Shown: positions 11,393-23,378, counted from the first letter of the whole stretch. The stretch is DNA of 63,447 nucleotides, filler included, from Octopus bimaculoides (GCF_001194135.2; 5 parts of 5 records of this genome joined end to end with filler, not necessarily neighbours in it); one strand, 5' to 3'. Numbers and translations are program-made. Notes: a model not told the origin generated them from the sequence alone.

Positions 11393-11976
11393 NNNNNNNN
11401 NNNNNNNNNNNNNNNNNNNNNNNNNNNNNNNNNNNNNNNNNNNNNNNNNNNNNNNNNNNNNNNNNNNNNNNNNNNNNNNNNNNNNNNNNNNNTATATATA
11501 TATATATATGCATATGTGTGTGTGCATGTATTTGTAAGTTTCTCTGTATACACACGTAGGAAACATTCGCATACCTATATACGTATATCTACGTACAAAC
11601 ATATTTACAGATACGTACTCATATGCATTGGAACGATATACACATACACATACACACACAGAGACACACACACATACACACACACGCACGCGTGCGCCCA
11701 CACACACATACTGACTGACGCTCATGAACATACATACTTAGACCCATCAAGACGATCCTGTTATGTGTGTGTGTTTGTATTCATGAGCTGAAGAGAAAAC
11801 CTCCATGTTGTTACTCACCCAGCTACGGATGCACATCTTCTCGTATAATTCTTGTACAAACTGCTAGAAATTTATTTACATACATTATTTCATTCACTCT
11901 ACTCATCCCTGTATTGAGTCCTTATTTTGTATCTTAGTCATTTGGAATGTAACATGTGAATTTGTATATACTAGAG

Positions 11977-12304
11977 CACGAGATTTCAAACTGTGGTCCG
12001 CGGACCACAGGGGGTCCGCAAGGACAAGACAGGGGTTCCGTAGACAGCAAATGCTTTTTATGGGCAATTTGATTTTATATACGTTTTTTAATCGAAATCT
12101 TTTAATTGACAATAAACCTATTTGTTAAATACTGTTAAATAAATAAATGTAAAAATATATGTTATTTTAAGCAAATATTTATGTATAAATTTCATAAGCG
12201 TTTATAAGGGGGTCCCTAAAGTAAAGCCTGAAATATAAAGGGGTCCCTAAAGTAAAGCCTGAAATATAAAGGGGTTCGCAAGTCAAAAAGTTTGAAAACC
12301 TCTG
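11977..12304 (+). mobile_element. hAT-Charlie MITE with 8-bp TSD
   Basis: Imperfect TIRs CACGAGATTTCAAACT / AGTTTGAAAACCTCTG; TSD TACTAGAG at 11969-11976 and 12305-12312; internal 31-bp tandem duplication 12209-12270. Confidence 0.9.
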
Positions 12305-12339
12305 TACTAGAGTATATAAAAACTGGCCATCAATCGGTT

Positions 12340-13085
12340 ACGTGGACGAGCGTTCCAGTTGATCCGAGCAACAGAACAGTCTTTTCTACTCTAGGTACAA
12401 GGGCCGAAATTTTTTGGGGAGGGGGACAGTCGATTAGATCGACCTCAGTACGCAACTGGTACTTAATTTATCGACCCCGAAAGGATGAAAGGCAAAGTCG
12501 ACCTCGGTGGAATTTGAACACAGAACGTAAAGACACGAAATACAGATAAGCATTTCGCCCGACGTTTCTTATTTCTTTATTGCCCACAAAGGGCTACATA
12601 CAGAGGAGACGAACAAGGACAGAGAAAGAAATTAAGTCGATTACACCGACCCCAGTGCATAACTGGTACTTATTTAATCGACCCCCAAAAGGATGAAAAG
12701 CAAAGTCGACCTCGGTGGAATTTGAACTCAGAACGTAAAGACAGACGAAATATAGCTAAGCATTTTGCACGGCGCGTTAACGTTTCTGCCAGCTCGCCGC
12801 CTTGAGCAACAGAACAGTCTGCTTGTGAAGTTAACGTGCATATAGCTGAATACTCCACAGACACGCGTATCATTAACGTAGTTCTCATGGAGATTCAGCG
12901 TGACACAGAATGTGACAAGGATGGCTCTTTGAATTACAGGTAGAACTCATTTTTGCCAGCTGAGTGGACTGGAGCAACCTGAGATAAAGTGTCTTGCTGA
13001 AGAGACACAAATCGCCTCCGATAATCGAACTCACCATCTTACGATTGTGAGACCAATACTCTAATCACTAAGTCATTAGCGTATT
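12340..13085 (-). mobile_element. CORE-type SINE with family B-like tail, split by a dimeric family A insertion
   Basis: tRNA head about 13085-13030, CORE, then a tail homologous to 1600-1760. The tail is interrupted at TSD GAGCAACAGAACAGTCT (12366-12382, 12804-12820). Confidence 0.8.
12383..12803 (-). mobile_element. Dimeric family A SINE inserted as one unit
   Basis: Two family A bodies joined by a spacer, bounded by a single 17-bp TSD. Confidence 0.85.
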
Positions 13086-13236
13086 TAGCGTCGTATGAGT
13101 TGGTGGTCGTTGGAAGTTTGATTTTCACCCTACGGGTAATATTACGATATATATCATGCATAAAATTATCATAATTCACGTTTATGCATTTGCTTTGCAA
13201 GATCCTTGATATAAAATCGTGCTGATACAAATGGTG

Positions 13237-13460
13237 TTATATTTGGGACGGTCATTTTTTTTGTGCCAATAAACACACGCACTATTTATTTGATCTTCAC
13301 TTTAGTTTTATTATTATTATTATTAGTTTATTTGTCAGAGTTCTTTCGTCTCACACTCTGTGACCTCTTCAATGACTTTCTGTTCCTAGTATCCCTTCTT
13401 CTCTCTGGTTTTGCCCTGTTTATTCCATTTTGTCTTTCTTCTGCTTGCGGTATAACTTAG
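13237..13460 (-). mobile_element. Short PLE-type module containing an HHR-like motif (sister of 32530-32750)
   Basis: Shares GCCAATAAA..CACACGCACT and CAGAGTTCTTTCGTC...TGTGACCTC with 32530-32700. Confidence 0.7.
13334..13376 (-). ncRNA. Hammerhead-like motif, C3U core variant
   Basis: Minus strand: GUCA UUGAAGA G GUC-ACAGAGUGUGA-GAC GAAA GAAC UC|UGAC; helix I 4 bp perfect. Confidence 0.55.
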
Positions 13461-14096
13461 CGTTTATCAAATTGCTAGGTGTTCATATAAAATGATAAAA
13501 TGAAAACTAATTTTCGAAAGACAAATATTCATTACTTTAAAATGAAATTAAATTCAAAAGCATAAGAGAAAATGAAAATAAAATTACTCTCCGTGTTGAT
13601 TTCTGTACTACGGAATTTCCCCTACAGACTCACTCGCTCACCATCTCTCTCTCCTCACTCTCCCCTCTCCTCTCTCTCCTTGCGTTTCTCCCCCCTCTCT
13701 CTCTCTATATATAAATATATATACCCCCTTCCTTCGTCTTCCCCTCCTCATCCTCTGTCTCTATGACTCGTTCTCTTTCACTCTGTGTGTTGTGTTCATT
13801 TGCTCATTGTCACCCTGCTTAGTATGTAAAGCCTATAGTTAATATAACCATACGATGTAAAGCGTAGCTGACGAAACCAACCAACCAGCCAGCCAACCAA
13901 CCAACCAACTAACCAACCAGCCAGCCAGCAAACCAGCCAGTATTTATATCGGACGTTATATGTGCATGTAGGTGTGCATGTGTGCATATGTAAAATATGC
14001 AAACTAGAGGCATGTTAATTGGTTGTTCTTCCTAAATATGTGATAATCTGTCACAGATAGATCCCATGGTCGTGTTGATGATGATCATCATAATCA

Positions 14097-14097
<1 letters not shown>

Positions 14098-14159
<62 letters not shown>

Positions 14160-14890
14160 GTTGTTGTTGTTGTTGTTGTTGCTGTTGTTGTTGTTGTAAT
14201 TATCATTATTATTATTATTGTAATTATTATTTTTATTTACTTTTAATCTGCACGTCTGTTTCAATCACTTGCCGAGACACATCCAGCATCCTTGGGCGAG
14301 TGAAGGGTAAGAGATGTTACAGTATGACTGAAAGCTTGGGGAGGGGAAGTGGCAGGGGCAGTAGCGAAATATCTTCATGTAATAAATACAACACAGACAT
14401 TTAAATTGATAGGGTTTTTCTAAAGATGTGGGCAGTACTTGTCAGTACAATCTTTTGGATTTCTCTGAGACATGGTTCTCTTGGGATATTATCTATATGT
14501 TTTTGACATCCCTTTCTTATCATACTTAGGGTACCCACAATAATAGGAACAGTTCTCGTTTTAAGATTCCACATCTTTCGTATTTCAATTTCTAGGTTCT
14601 TATATTTACTCAATTTGTCAAAATCCTTTACAGATATTTTTTACAGTGAGAACACTTACATCTATTAGTCTACAAGTATTTTCCTTTCTCTCTTTAATGA
14701 CTATGTTTGGTCAATTAACCTGGATCGTTCTGTGAATGTTGACTGGAAAATACCAGAGGATAGTGACGTTTTTATCTTCAGCGACTGACTCAGGATGATG
14801 TTCATACCAATAAGCAGGAGTGTCGATTTTGTAGTGTTTGCCTATTTTCCAATGTAAATACTGTCCTATCTTATCGTGGCGATTTTTGTA
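14098..14890 (-). mobile_element. R4/Dong-clade (RLE) non-LTR retrotransposon, 5'-truncated 3' fragment with microsatellite tail
   Basis: Translation YKNRHDKIGQYLHWKIGKHY...WYEHHPESV...ILWYFP...PNIVI...CRLIDVS...KYKNLEIEIRKMWNLK..VPIIVGTL...IQKIVLTSTAHIFRKTL*, the RLE domain of R4-clade elements. Then 3' UTR and (AAT)/(AAC)n tail; has a stop and a frameshift. Confidence 0.9.
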
Positions 14891-14913
14891 TCATCATCAT
14901 CATCATCATCATC

Positions 14914-14972
<59 letters not shown>
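14890..14972. repeat. (ATC)n microsatellite abutting the R4 5' truncation point
   Basis: Directly visible. Confidence 0.95.
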
Positions 14973-14975
<3 letters not shown>

Positions 14976-15906
14976 CTTTGAATGGTGAGACGGTGACATA
15001 AATTGTGACTTGCCAGGATAAATACTAGCTTCTCGAACCTGAACTCTGAGTTTCACGTTTTTAATTTTTTTAACATTTACTGAAGAATAGCGGTGACAAT
15101 GTCTAAGCAAAATATCATATCGAGATATAACTAGAATATTTGAGACGTTTGCCTTAGGTTACTTTTGGCAATTACTCAAATCTCGATACATTATTAGTCA
15201 ATGATATCTCGATGTGTTTCAAAAATGGTTTTCTTATATATTGTCACGGTCTTATCTTTCATCACTTGTACGGTCATATCCTTCAGCAAGAAGTTTCAAG
15301 TAGTTTCAGCTGCTTATCTAATATATGCACTAATATATATTGAATAATTCTCCACTGTTTGTAAATACAGTTGTTCTCCAATCCATATATTGCTCCTTAA
15401 CATATTGAATAGTGTCCACGGACAGAGATACGAAAACTGAAAGGGGAACAACAGCCCCTGGAATTTTTCAACAATGTTCTGACGCCATCTTGAAAAGCTT
15501 ATATTAAGCGTCTTATTAAAAACGCAGAAGATATAAACAAGATGAAAAGGGAAATTATTTCTTCGATAAAGGGAATACGGAATCATCAAAGACACCATGT
15601 TTTGCTTTAGAAGTCGTAAATTCCCTCGCAGAAGAAAACCTTAGAATCTTTTGAACTTGACCTTTTTGCAACACGATGAAAAGGATAAATTTAAACAAAA
15701 TATCATCCAACAATTTTAAAGATACTTTGGTATTTAACAAAATCAAACACATCCACGTTTCTTCAGGCTAATCTTAAAATTTTCACAAACCGACAGCCGC
15801 ATATATATTTTAGATTCCTTTCAAATTTTCCGCTACACACGCTTTTATGAAAACTAATTCCGGCACACTCTCAAAATAATAGGAATAGTTACTAACCTAA
15901 ATATAG

Positions 15907-15998
15907 ATCGTAAATGTAATTTCTTTTCACCAATCCCCAAAATGTAATTTTTTTTCACCAATCGTAAATGTAATTTCGTTTCACCAATCCCAAACGTA
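15907..15998. repeat. 26/28-bp minisatellite, about 3.5 units
   Basis: ATCGTAAATGTAATTTC.TTTCACCA alternating with ATCCCCAAAATGTAATTT(T)nCACCA. Confidence 0.85.
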
Positions 15999-16147
15999 GA
16001 TTGATAAATACGGCAAAAAGTCGGTAAAAATGTTTTAGATTCCATCATCAATTAATATTAAACAAACCACTTCCTTCTGTTGTTGGCTAGTAGTAGTAGC
16101 AGCAGCAACAGTAGCAGTAGCAGCAGTAGCTGTAGTAGTAGTAGTAG

Positions 16148-16355
16148 TCCTTTCTAGTATAGGCACAATTTGGGGGTGTTGAATTAAGTCGATTACGTCG
16201 ACCCCAGTGCTCACCTGGTACTTATGTAATTGACACACCCGAAAGAACGAATCGCTAAGTTAACCTCGGGGGAATTTGAACTCAGAACGTAAAGATGGTT
16301 GAAATGCTTCTTAGCGTTATGCCCGGCATGCTAACAATTCTGCCAGTTCGCCGCC

Positions 16356-16413
<58 letters not shown>

Positions 16414-17157
16414 TAATAATAATAATAATAATGATAATAATAATAATAATAATAATAATAATCCTTTCTAGTGGAAGCAGAAAGCCTCAAATCTGGGAGA
16501 AGGGGTTAAGTCGATTACATCGATCCCAGTGCGTAACTGGTACTTATTTAATCGACCCCGAAAAGATGAAAGGCAAAGTCGACCCCGGCGGAATTTGAAC
16601 TCAGAACGTAGAGGCAGTCGAAATACCGCTAAGAGGAATGCTGCGAGGTTTTCTGTCCGATTTTCTCACGAATCTGCCAATTTGTCACCTCAAGTAACCT
16701 CGTCCGTATATAAAGTTGATGATATTTGTAGAAAGGCAATCGGCATGAAAAACAATAGGTAAGTTAGTTTTACGAATCTCATGCTAAGAACATATATATA
16801 TAAGCTGATTAGAAACAATGATGCGTGGAAACTTAGACAACTTGAGACAACGATCTACAATATTATTTTGCTATGGTTAAGGCGGCGAGCTGGCAGAAAC
16901 GTTAGCACGCCGGGCGAAATACTTAGCGGTATTTCATCTGCCACTACGTTCTGAGTTCAAATTCCGCCGAATTCGACTTTGCCTTTCATCCTTTCGGGGT
17001 TGATAAATAAGCACCAGTTGCGTACTAGCGGTTCGGCAAAGAGACCGGTAGAATAGGTACTAGGCTTACAAAGAATAAGTCCTGGGGTCGACTTGTTCGA
17101 CCAAAAGCGGTGTTCCAGTATGGCTGCAGTGAAATGACTGAAACAAGTAAAAGAATA
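16148..17157. mobile_element. SINE cluster: family A 16148-16357 (-), 16461-16680 (-), 16877-17025 (+), then family D 3' half 17026-17157 (+)
   Basis: Consensus motifs; (TAA)n tail 16357-16460 between the two minus copies. Confidence 0.85.
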
Positions 17158-17330
17158 TNNNNNNNNNNNNNNNNNNNNNNNNNNNNNNNNNNNNNNNNNN
17201 NNNNNNNNNNNNNNNNNNNNNNNNNNNNNNNNNNNNNNNNNNNNNNNNNNNNNNNNNNNNNNNNNNNNNNNNNNNNNNNNNNNNNNNNNNNNNNNNNNNN
17301 NNNNNNNNNNNNNNNNNNNNNNNNNNNNNN

Positions 17331-17369
<39 letters not shown>

Positions 17370-17570
17370 ATCATTCGCCATGATAGATCGCTAGTCACTA
17401 AACCTTTTTCTATTTTCTCTCCCTGTTTATTTCTGTGTTCCTTTCTGTAGAAGAGCGTAGGCTCGAAATGTAAAAGACTTTCTCATTCCCCGAGCGTTAA
17501 ACTAATACATCTGTTTGTTGTTTACTCACTCGTCTTGGTCTTTTGATTTTTTTGTAAATTCTCACTATAT
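17370..17570 (+). mobile_element. About 200-bp PLE-type module bounded by microsatellites, containing an HHR-like motif
   Basis: Pyrimidine-rich lead-in, HHR-like motif at 17441-17476, flanked by (TA)n/(TATG)n on both sides. Confidence 0.55.
17441..17476 (+). ncRNA. Hammerhead-like motif, A6U core variant
   Basis: CUUU CUGUAGA A GAGC-GUAG-GCUC GAAA UG UA|AAAG; helices I and II perfect, zero-loop helix III. Confidence 0.5.
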
Positions 17571-17589
17571 ATATATGTGTGTGTGTGTA

Positions 17590-17622
<33 letters not shown>

Positions 17623-18359
17623 ATGTATGTATGTATGTATGTATGTATGTATGCATGTATGTATGTATGTACGTACGGATGATGAACTTCTAGGCAGTTT
17701 CTGCTCACTCACCTTCACTCATAAATCATTACTAGACCCAAGACTTCGAGGGAAGACACTTCATCTACTTAGTTTATTTAGTTGTTAAGATAAATGTACA
17801 TATATTAGAACTGAACGTGTTGCATAATATTATGATTTCTCCCCTCTTCATCGTTCGTAAGGTCGACCGACAGGCGATGTTTCTGGGATATTTAGAACAG
17901 TTTAAGAAATATGTAGAGTTTATGGGATAAAATATTGGAAAAGCAATTATGACCTTGTTCTCTCTGCATGTTTTATACACGTCGTATCTTTAATGCACAT
18001 GTAGTTTTGTACCATAACTAATGCCTCACCTCGTCTTGGCAACGATCCAGCGTTTGGTGACGAAAATATAATATCCAGGCGCGATACTTGGCAAAGAGCC
18101 ACAGTAATTAATTTAAAGGAAGTCAATCAGCTTGTTTAATGTAATATTTTTTTGTTTTGTTTTACTTTATGTTTGTACGGGAACATCTTTTACGGCACTA
18201 ATTTCTTTCTAATTAACCAGGGATATAAGCCTAACGAAGATTAAAACAGACAGACTTGAACGGTTGTGGGGGAAATTCTTGGCATTTCCGTTTGTCTGTG
18301 GAGAATGAGAGGGCAGAATGAATGAATGGATAAGTGGATTAAAGAATGAAAGAGAACGA

Positions 18360-18375
18360 AAGAGAGAGAGAGAGG

Positions 18376-18461
<86 letters not shown>

Positions 18462-18680
18462 GAGAGAGAAAGGAGGTGGACAGAGAGAAGGAGAGAAAGA
18501 AAACGGATAGAGAGAAAGAGAGTTCGAAAGTGAACGAAATAGTGGTAGATACATACATAAATACATAAATACATACATGCAATCATACATACGTACATAC
18601 GTACATACATACATACATGCATACATGTATACATACATACATACACACAAATATATGTATGTGCGAATACGTGTATGTAC

Positions 18681-18737
<57 letters not shown>

Positions 18738-18754
18738 GCTGTCTGTCTGTCTGC

Positions 18755-18797
<43 letters not shown>

Positions 18798-18828
18798 CAT
18801 ACATACATACATACATACATACATTTAC

Positions 18829-18884
<56 letters not shown>

Positions 18885-18900
18885 NNNNNNNNNNGAGATA
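18360..18900. repeat. Compound microsatellite (GA)n/(CATA)n/(TATC)n/(TGTC)n/(TA)n
   Basis: Directly visible. Confidence 0.95.
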
Positions 18901-19553
18901 GGTAGACAGATAGAGAGGGAGGTGGGTAGGGAGAGAGACAGAAAAGACAGAGCCAGCATTAGAAATGACTGAGGAAAAATGGCCTCTTATCAAACATAAC
19001 GATACTTAGAGAGAACAAGATAAAAAGCATCATACAGACATTCAGCGCTAAATCTATCTAGTTTGTTTGAGATAACAGCTATTCCAGTATCGCTGCCATT
19101 TTTTACAGTACATGATAACGATAAATGTCTACCATAGTACCCCAGGGTTGCTAAGGTCTCGTAACCCAGCTCCGGATTCAGTAACCGTTAAGCGAATTGG
19201 AATAATGCTTGTATATCTCTTTGAATAGACATCAGGCTATCGGAGGTAAGACTCCCAAAAGGTCTCCGACGTCTGTCTGTATAACTATGTGAACTAAAAA
19301 CTTTAGAATAAAAGTTTACTGCTGGAAGAAAACGCATTTAGTAGCTATGGACTCTCTCAGTTTATAAAATAGTTTTGTATTTATATTCATAATATTTTTG
19401 TTTTGCTTTGTATTTATTAGTCACTTGAGATTGTTGACTTCTCGCACTTGCAAATATCTTTTTCATATTCTAGCGTTAAAATTCTAAAATGAAATTGGAA
19501 GCAAAACAAAAGTAAATAAAACAAAGAACTCATTTTTATCTTAAGCGCCCTAA

Positions 19554-19599
<46 letters not shown>

Positions 19600-19686
19600 N
19601 NNNNNNNNNNNNNNNNNNNNNNNNNNNNNNNNNNNNNNNNNNNNNNNNNTATTATTGATGGCGCAGCAAATGCAGAAAACAATTCT

Positions 19687-19732
<46 letters not shown>

Positions 19733-19734
19733 GA

Positions 19735-19770
<36 letters not shown>

Positions 19771-19837
19771 TTGCTGCTGCTGTTGCTGCTGGTACTGTAA
19801 CTATTGCTACTTAATAATCTTAATAATTATTATAATA

Positions 19838-20390
19838 ATCCTTTCTACTATAGGCACAAGGCCTGAAATTATGGAGGGCAACTGGTACTTATTTTATCGA
19901 ACCCGACAGGATGAAAGGCAAAGTCGACCTCAACGGAATATGAACTTAGAACGCAAAGACGGACGAAATACCGTTAAGCATTTTGTCTGGCATGCGAACG
20001 ATTCTGCGAGCACGCTGCCGTAAGGCACAAGGCCCAAGACATTGATGATGACAATATCAACGAACGAGATACAACATAAACAGTTGAGAGTTTACATCGA
20101 TCAAAGGGAAACACTACAACATTAAAAGATATAACGAGAGAATATAAAACTAGAATTTAGAAAAATAGATGATTAATAAATTGAAACCTTTTAAAGCGAA
20201 AAGCTGACAGAATCGTTAGCAGGCCGGGAAAAATGCATAGCGGTATTTCGTCCGTCTTTACGCTCTGAATTCAAATTTTGCCGAGGTTGGTTTTTTTTTT
20301 TTTGCCTTTCATTCTTTCGGGGTTGATAAAATAAGCACCGGTTGAACACTGGGGTCGATTACAACTTCCAAAAATTTGAAACCAATAAAT
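19838..20390. mobile_element. Two family A SINEs (19838-20012 -, 20195-20390 +)
   Basis: Consensus motifs. Confidence 0.8.
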
Positions 20391-20399
20391 AGAATTTCT

Positions 20400-20975
20400 A
20401 ATAGTGCGATAGTCCACCTAGAGTAATTTGGGGAAAACACCAATATATAAAGTTCTGGATTCTCCAACTATGTCCAAGGCCTGAGAAGTGCCATTTTCTA
20501 GTTTCTTTCTTCCATCTTAGAAAAGCTTACTCAGAGCAGATCCATTCAACCTCACCAGTCTTGCCAATCTCGTCCACAGTTTGATAAACATACTAGAAGA
20601 TAGTACTTCCCTCTCTACCCTCACCTTTCTCTTCAAATGATATTTGAAGAAATTAATGAAAGCTTGTCTGTCTTCAAACCTTTTCGGACGGGTCAGTCAC
20701 ATAACCTCTTTCGCTACAGCCACGAAGGAAAGAAAGATTTACCTCCCTTATCTGCCAAAGGTGCCTCGACCTTCAATATCTGCTTTGGCGGTATTGTGAA
20801 GGAATTGAACTCAAGAAATTTCAGGGCACAAGGCCACATCATAAGAGGGACTCATGATTGCACTAAACCTCTGCCCATGACCATTCAGCTGATAAACAAA
20901 TATTCTCTTAACAAGACGCAACAATCACTCATTTTGAGGTTCGCTTTTTTCTCCTCCCTGTGTCTTCTACAATAG
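20400..20975 (-). mobile_element. Tx1/L1-clade LINE, degenerate ORF2 C-terminus and 3' UTR
   Basis: Translation VAVAKEVM*LTRPKRF...FINFFKYHLKRKVRVEREVLSSSMFIKLWTRLARLVRLNGSALSKLF* (stop 20517-20519); resembles Tx1 ORF2 ends by recall. Confidence 0.6.
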
Positions 20976-20982
20976 CTTCTGG

Positions 20983-21232
20983 TATCTGTAAAAATATGTG
21001 ACACTTATTCAGTAGCCATGATAAAACTTCGATAAAACATACATACATACATACATTTTTCACAGGAATTTTCAATGGCTGGATAACTGAAGAGATGTTG
21101 GCGTGGGCTCCCACCCTGGCATCCGAAACTCGAAGTTTTATCATGGCTACTGAATAAGTGTCACATATTTTTACAGATAAATTCCTCTATTTGCATAATA
21201 TCGAGGTCTCTTTCTTTTGTTGTCCTTCCTAT

Positions 21233-21240
<8 letters not shown>
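20983..21240 (+). mobile_element. PLE-type module with HHR and a 50-bp perfect inverted duplication
   Basis: Arms 20983-21032 and 21130-21179 are exact reverse complements; HHR at 21082-21142; ends in (TA)n. Confidence 0.8.
21082..21142 (+). ncRNA. Hammerhead ribozyme candidate (type I, intact core)
   Basis: GAUAA CUGAAGA GAUG-[UUGGC GUGGG CU CCCAC CCUGG]-CAUC C GAAA CU CGA AG UU|UUAUC; helix I 5 bp, II 4 bp, III 3 bp. Confidence 0.75.
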
Positions 21241-21270
<30 letters not shown>

Positions 21271-21314
21271 NNNNNNNNNNNNNNNNNNNNNNNNNNNNNN
21301 NNNNNNNNNNNNNN

Positions 21315-21326
21315 TTAATTAATTAA
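21315..21326. other. Artificial scaffold spacer TTAATTAATTAA inside a 44N+12+44N gap (also 36421-36432, 44409-44420, 55024-55035)
   Basis: Identical 100-bp layout four times; stops in all six frames. Confidence 0.95.
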
Positions 21327-21370
21327 NNNNNNNNNNNNNNNNNNNNNNNNNNNNNNNNNNNNNNNNNNNN

Positions 21371-21433
<63 letters not shown>

Positions 21434-22280
21434 CTAGAGATATTCTAGTGGAATATAATACATTCCTATTAGTTCGCTACTAAGGTAATATCTCAGGCAA
21501 GGGAACTGAAGAAATATATGAAGAAATAAGAATAAGCTGAGTAGCAAAAAAGTAAGTCTAAATGATAAATATATGCCAATGTTAAACATATGAAAAATGT
21601 CACAGAAGACAACTATACGTATATAAAAAATCTTAGTTAATGTATAAAGGTGACGTTTCTGAATACCCATGGAGCACATCCTTCTTCGGTAGGCTTCGAG
21701 TAAATGACTGCAGTAAAAACTGAGTTATTGTTCTTTGCAAGTTGTTTTGTCACCAACAACGAGCAGACATATGTAGTCTTTGAAATAATTCGATTTAACC
21801 GAAAGAGCTTTATTTTTGGACATGGCAAGTCTATATCTTTGGTTAGATAATTCTACAAAACCCAAATGTGGCAAAAGAAATATAAGTTCACCAATGTTTA
21901 TATCCGAACGCTGATGTAATAACTATCAAAACCCTACACATAAATACATACACACATATTCATATGTGTATATATACATATGCATATATACATATATGTA
22001 AGTATATATCATGGGCCTATCAGAATTTCTATGCAAGTATACACACCAGACGCGATTCTGATGTATGACGGTCGGCCAGCAGATTCCTGTATTAAATTCC
22101 TTATTTGCTTCTCCTGTGCTTTATATTTCCAAAACTCTATGGATCCCTGTTTTTAACTACTAATGTTCACTGGGACATTGATTTATATCCTGAAAATGAT
22201 ATTTCAAATCGTTCAATGTATTGTCTTCTATTGCTTCACGTGACACATGTCGATGGTAGTACCTCTACCGGCAAGCTTGA

Positions 22281-22356
<76 letters not shown>

Positions 22357-22711
22357 TATTTACTAAATATATATATATGTATATTTATACAAACACACAC
22401 AAAACAGTAAAGTGTAAATTTTGGGGTATTATTTCTTTCCCAAATATTTCCACTTCCTTGATTTGTTATGCAATGACCCTGCAAAGATCTTCAAAATTCT
22501 CATTTTAATATGTATTTTGACTAAAACCGAGCAGCAACCGTGGTCACATATTGGATTGTAATAATAGAAAAAGCCGATGTGCTTCGAGAGGAAACAGCAG
22601 GGATTTACCTACCAACCTACATTATACAGGCACACACACAAACACACACAAAAAAACCATACACATACACACGCACACACGCACACACACATACACACAC
22701 ATATATATATA

Positions 22712-23200
22712 TGATGGGCTGTCATGTTGGTTTCGACGTATGAGTGTCCTACATCCTAGACTCCCTTTGTCAGTCATAATGCTTATTGTCAAATGCAACA
22801 TTTGAGTCTCGTCAACGATTTGCAAAAATGATGCAAGTATGAAATTTACGGGTCAGTGCAGACGGTATATTTACTGCTGTTTTTCCTCCTTTGTCTTGCA
22901 CACCAAAGTCTGTTAATACTGGCTGTAAATGGTATAAGTCCCTTATACTGTTGCGACACGACGATCTTCATTTTGTTCTCTCCAAGGTTATTTGGTCAAA
23001 GGTGTTGTGCTATATTAACTGCAGAGAGGTTACCTTTCAGCTGGTCCTTATATTGGAGCCATGCTTGACCAACATTCCTGTGGCAGTTATTAAAATCAGA
23101 ATTTGGGTATTCTTTCGTCACTCACTCTGACGATATGACCAGACCAGCGCAATTGCGACTGCATAAGGATACTCATGAAGCCACTAATCTTATACGCACG
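22712..23200 (-). mobile_element. RTE-clade LINE 3' fragment
   Basis: Translation ILMQSQLRWSGHIVRVSDERIPK...YKDQLKGNL, a conserved RTE C-terminal motif; ends at a (TA)n/(TG)n tract. Confidence 0.8.
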
Positions 23201-23212
23201 CACGTATACGTG

Positions 23213-23262
<50 letters not shown>

Positions 23263-23378
23263 GGGTTCGGGTTCAATCCAACAGCGCGGCATTTTGAGCA
23301 AGAGCCTTCTACTATAGTTCTATGACGACCAGTGTATAGTGAGTGAAATTAATAGGCAGAAACCGTGTGAAAGCCTGT

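Noticed and set aside
15907-15998. Short direct repeats as a CRISPR array (also 58488-58547)
   Set aside because: No unique spacers, no cas genes, eukaryotic context
21648-21692. HHR-like CCGAAGA...GAAACGUC on the minus strand
   Set aside because: U4C core and no helix I can form; at best a dead remnant
22720-22790. HHR-like spacing near the RTE 3' end
   Set aside because: Core mismatched (CUGACAA), no helix I, and explained by the RTE tail
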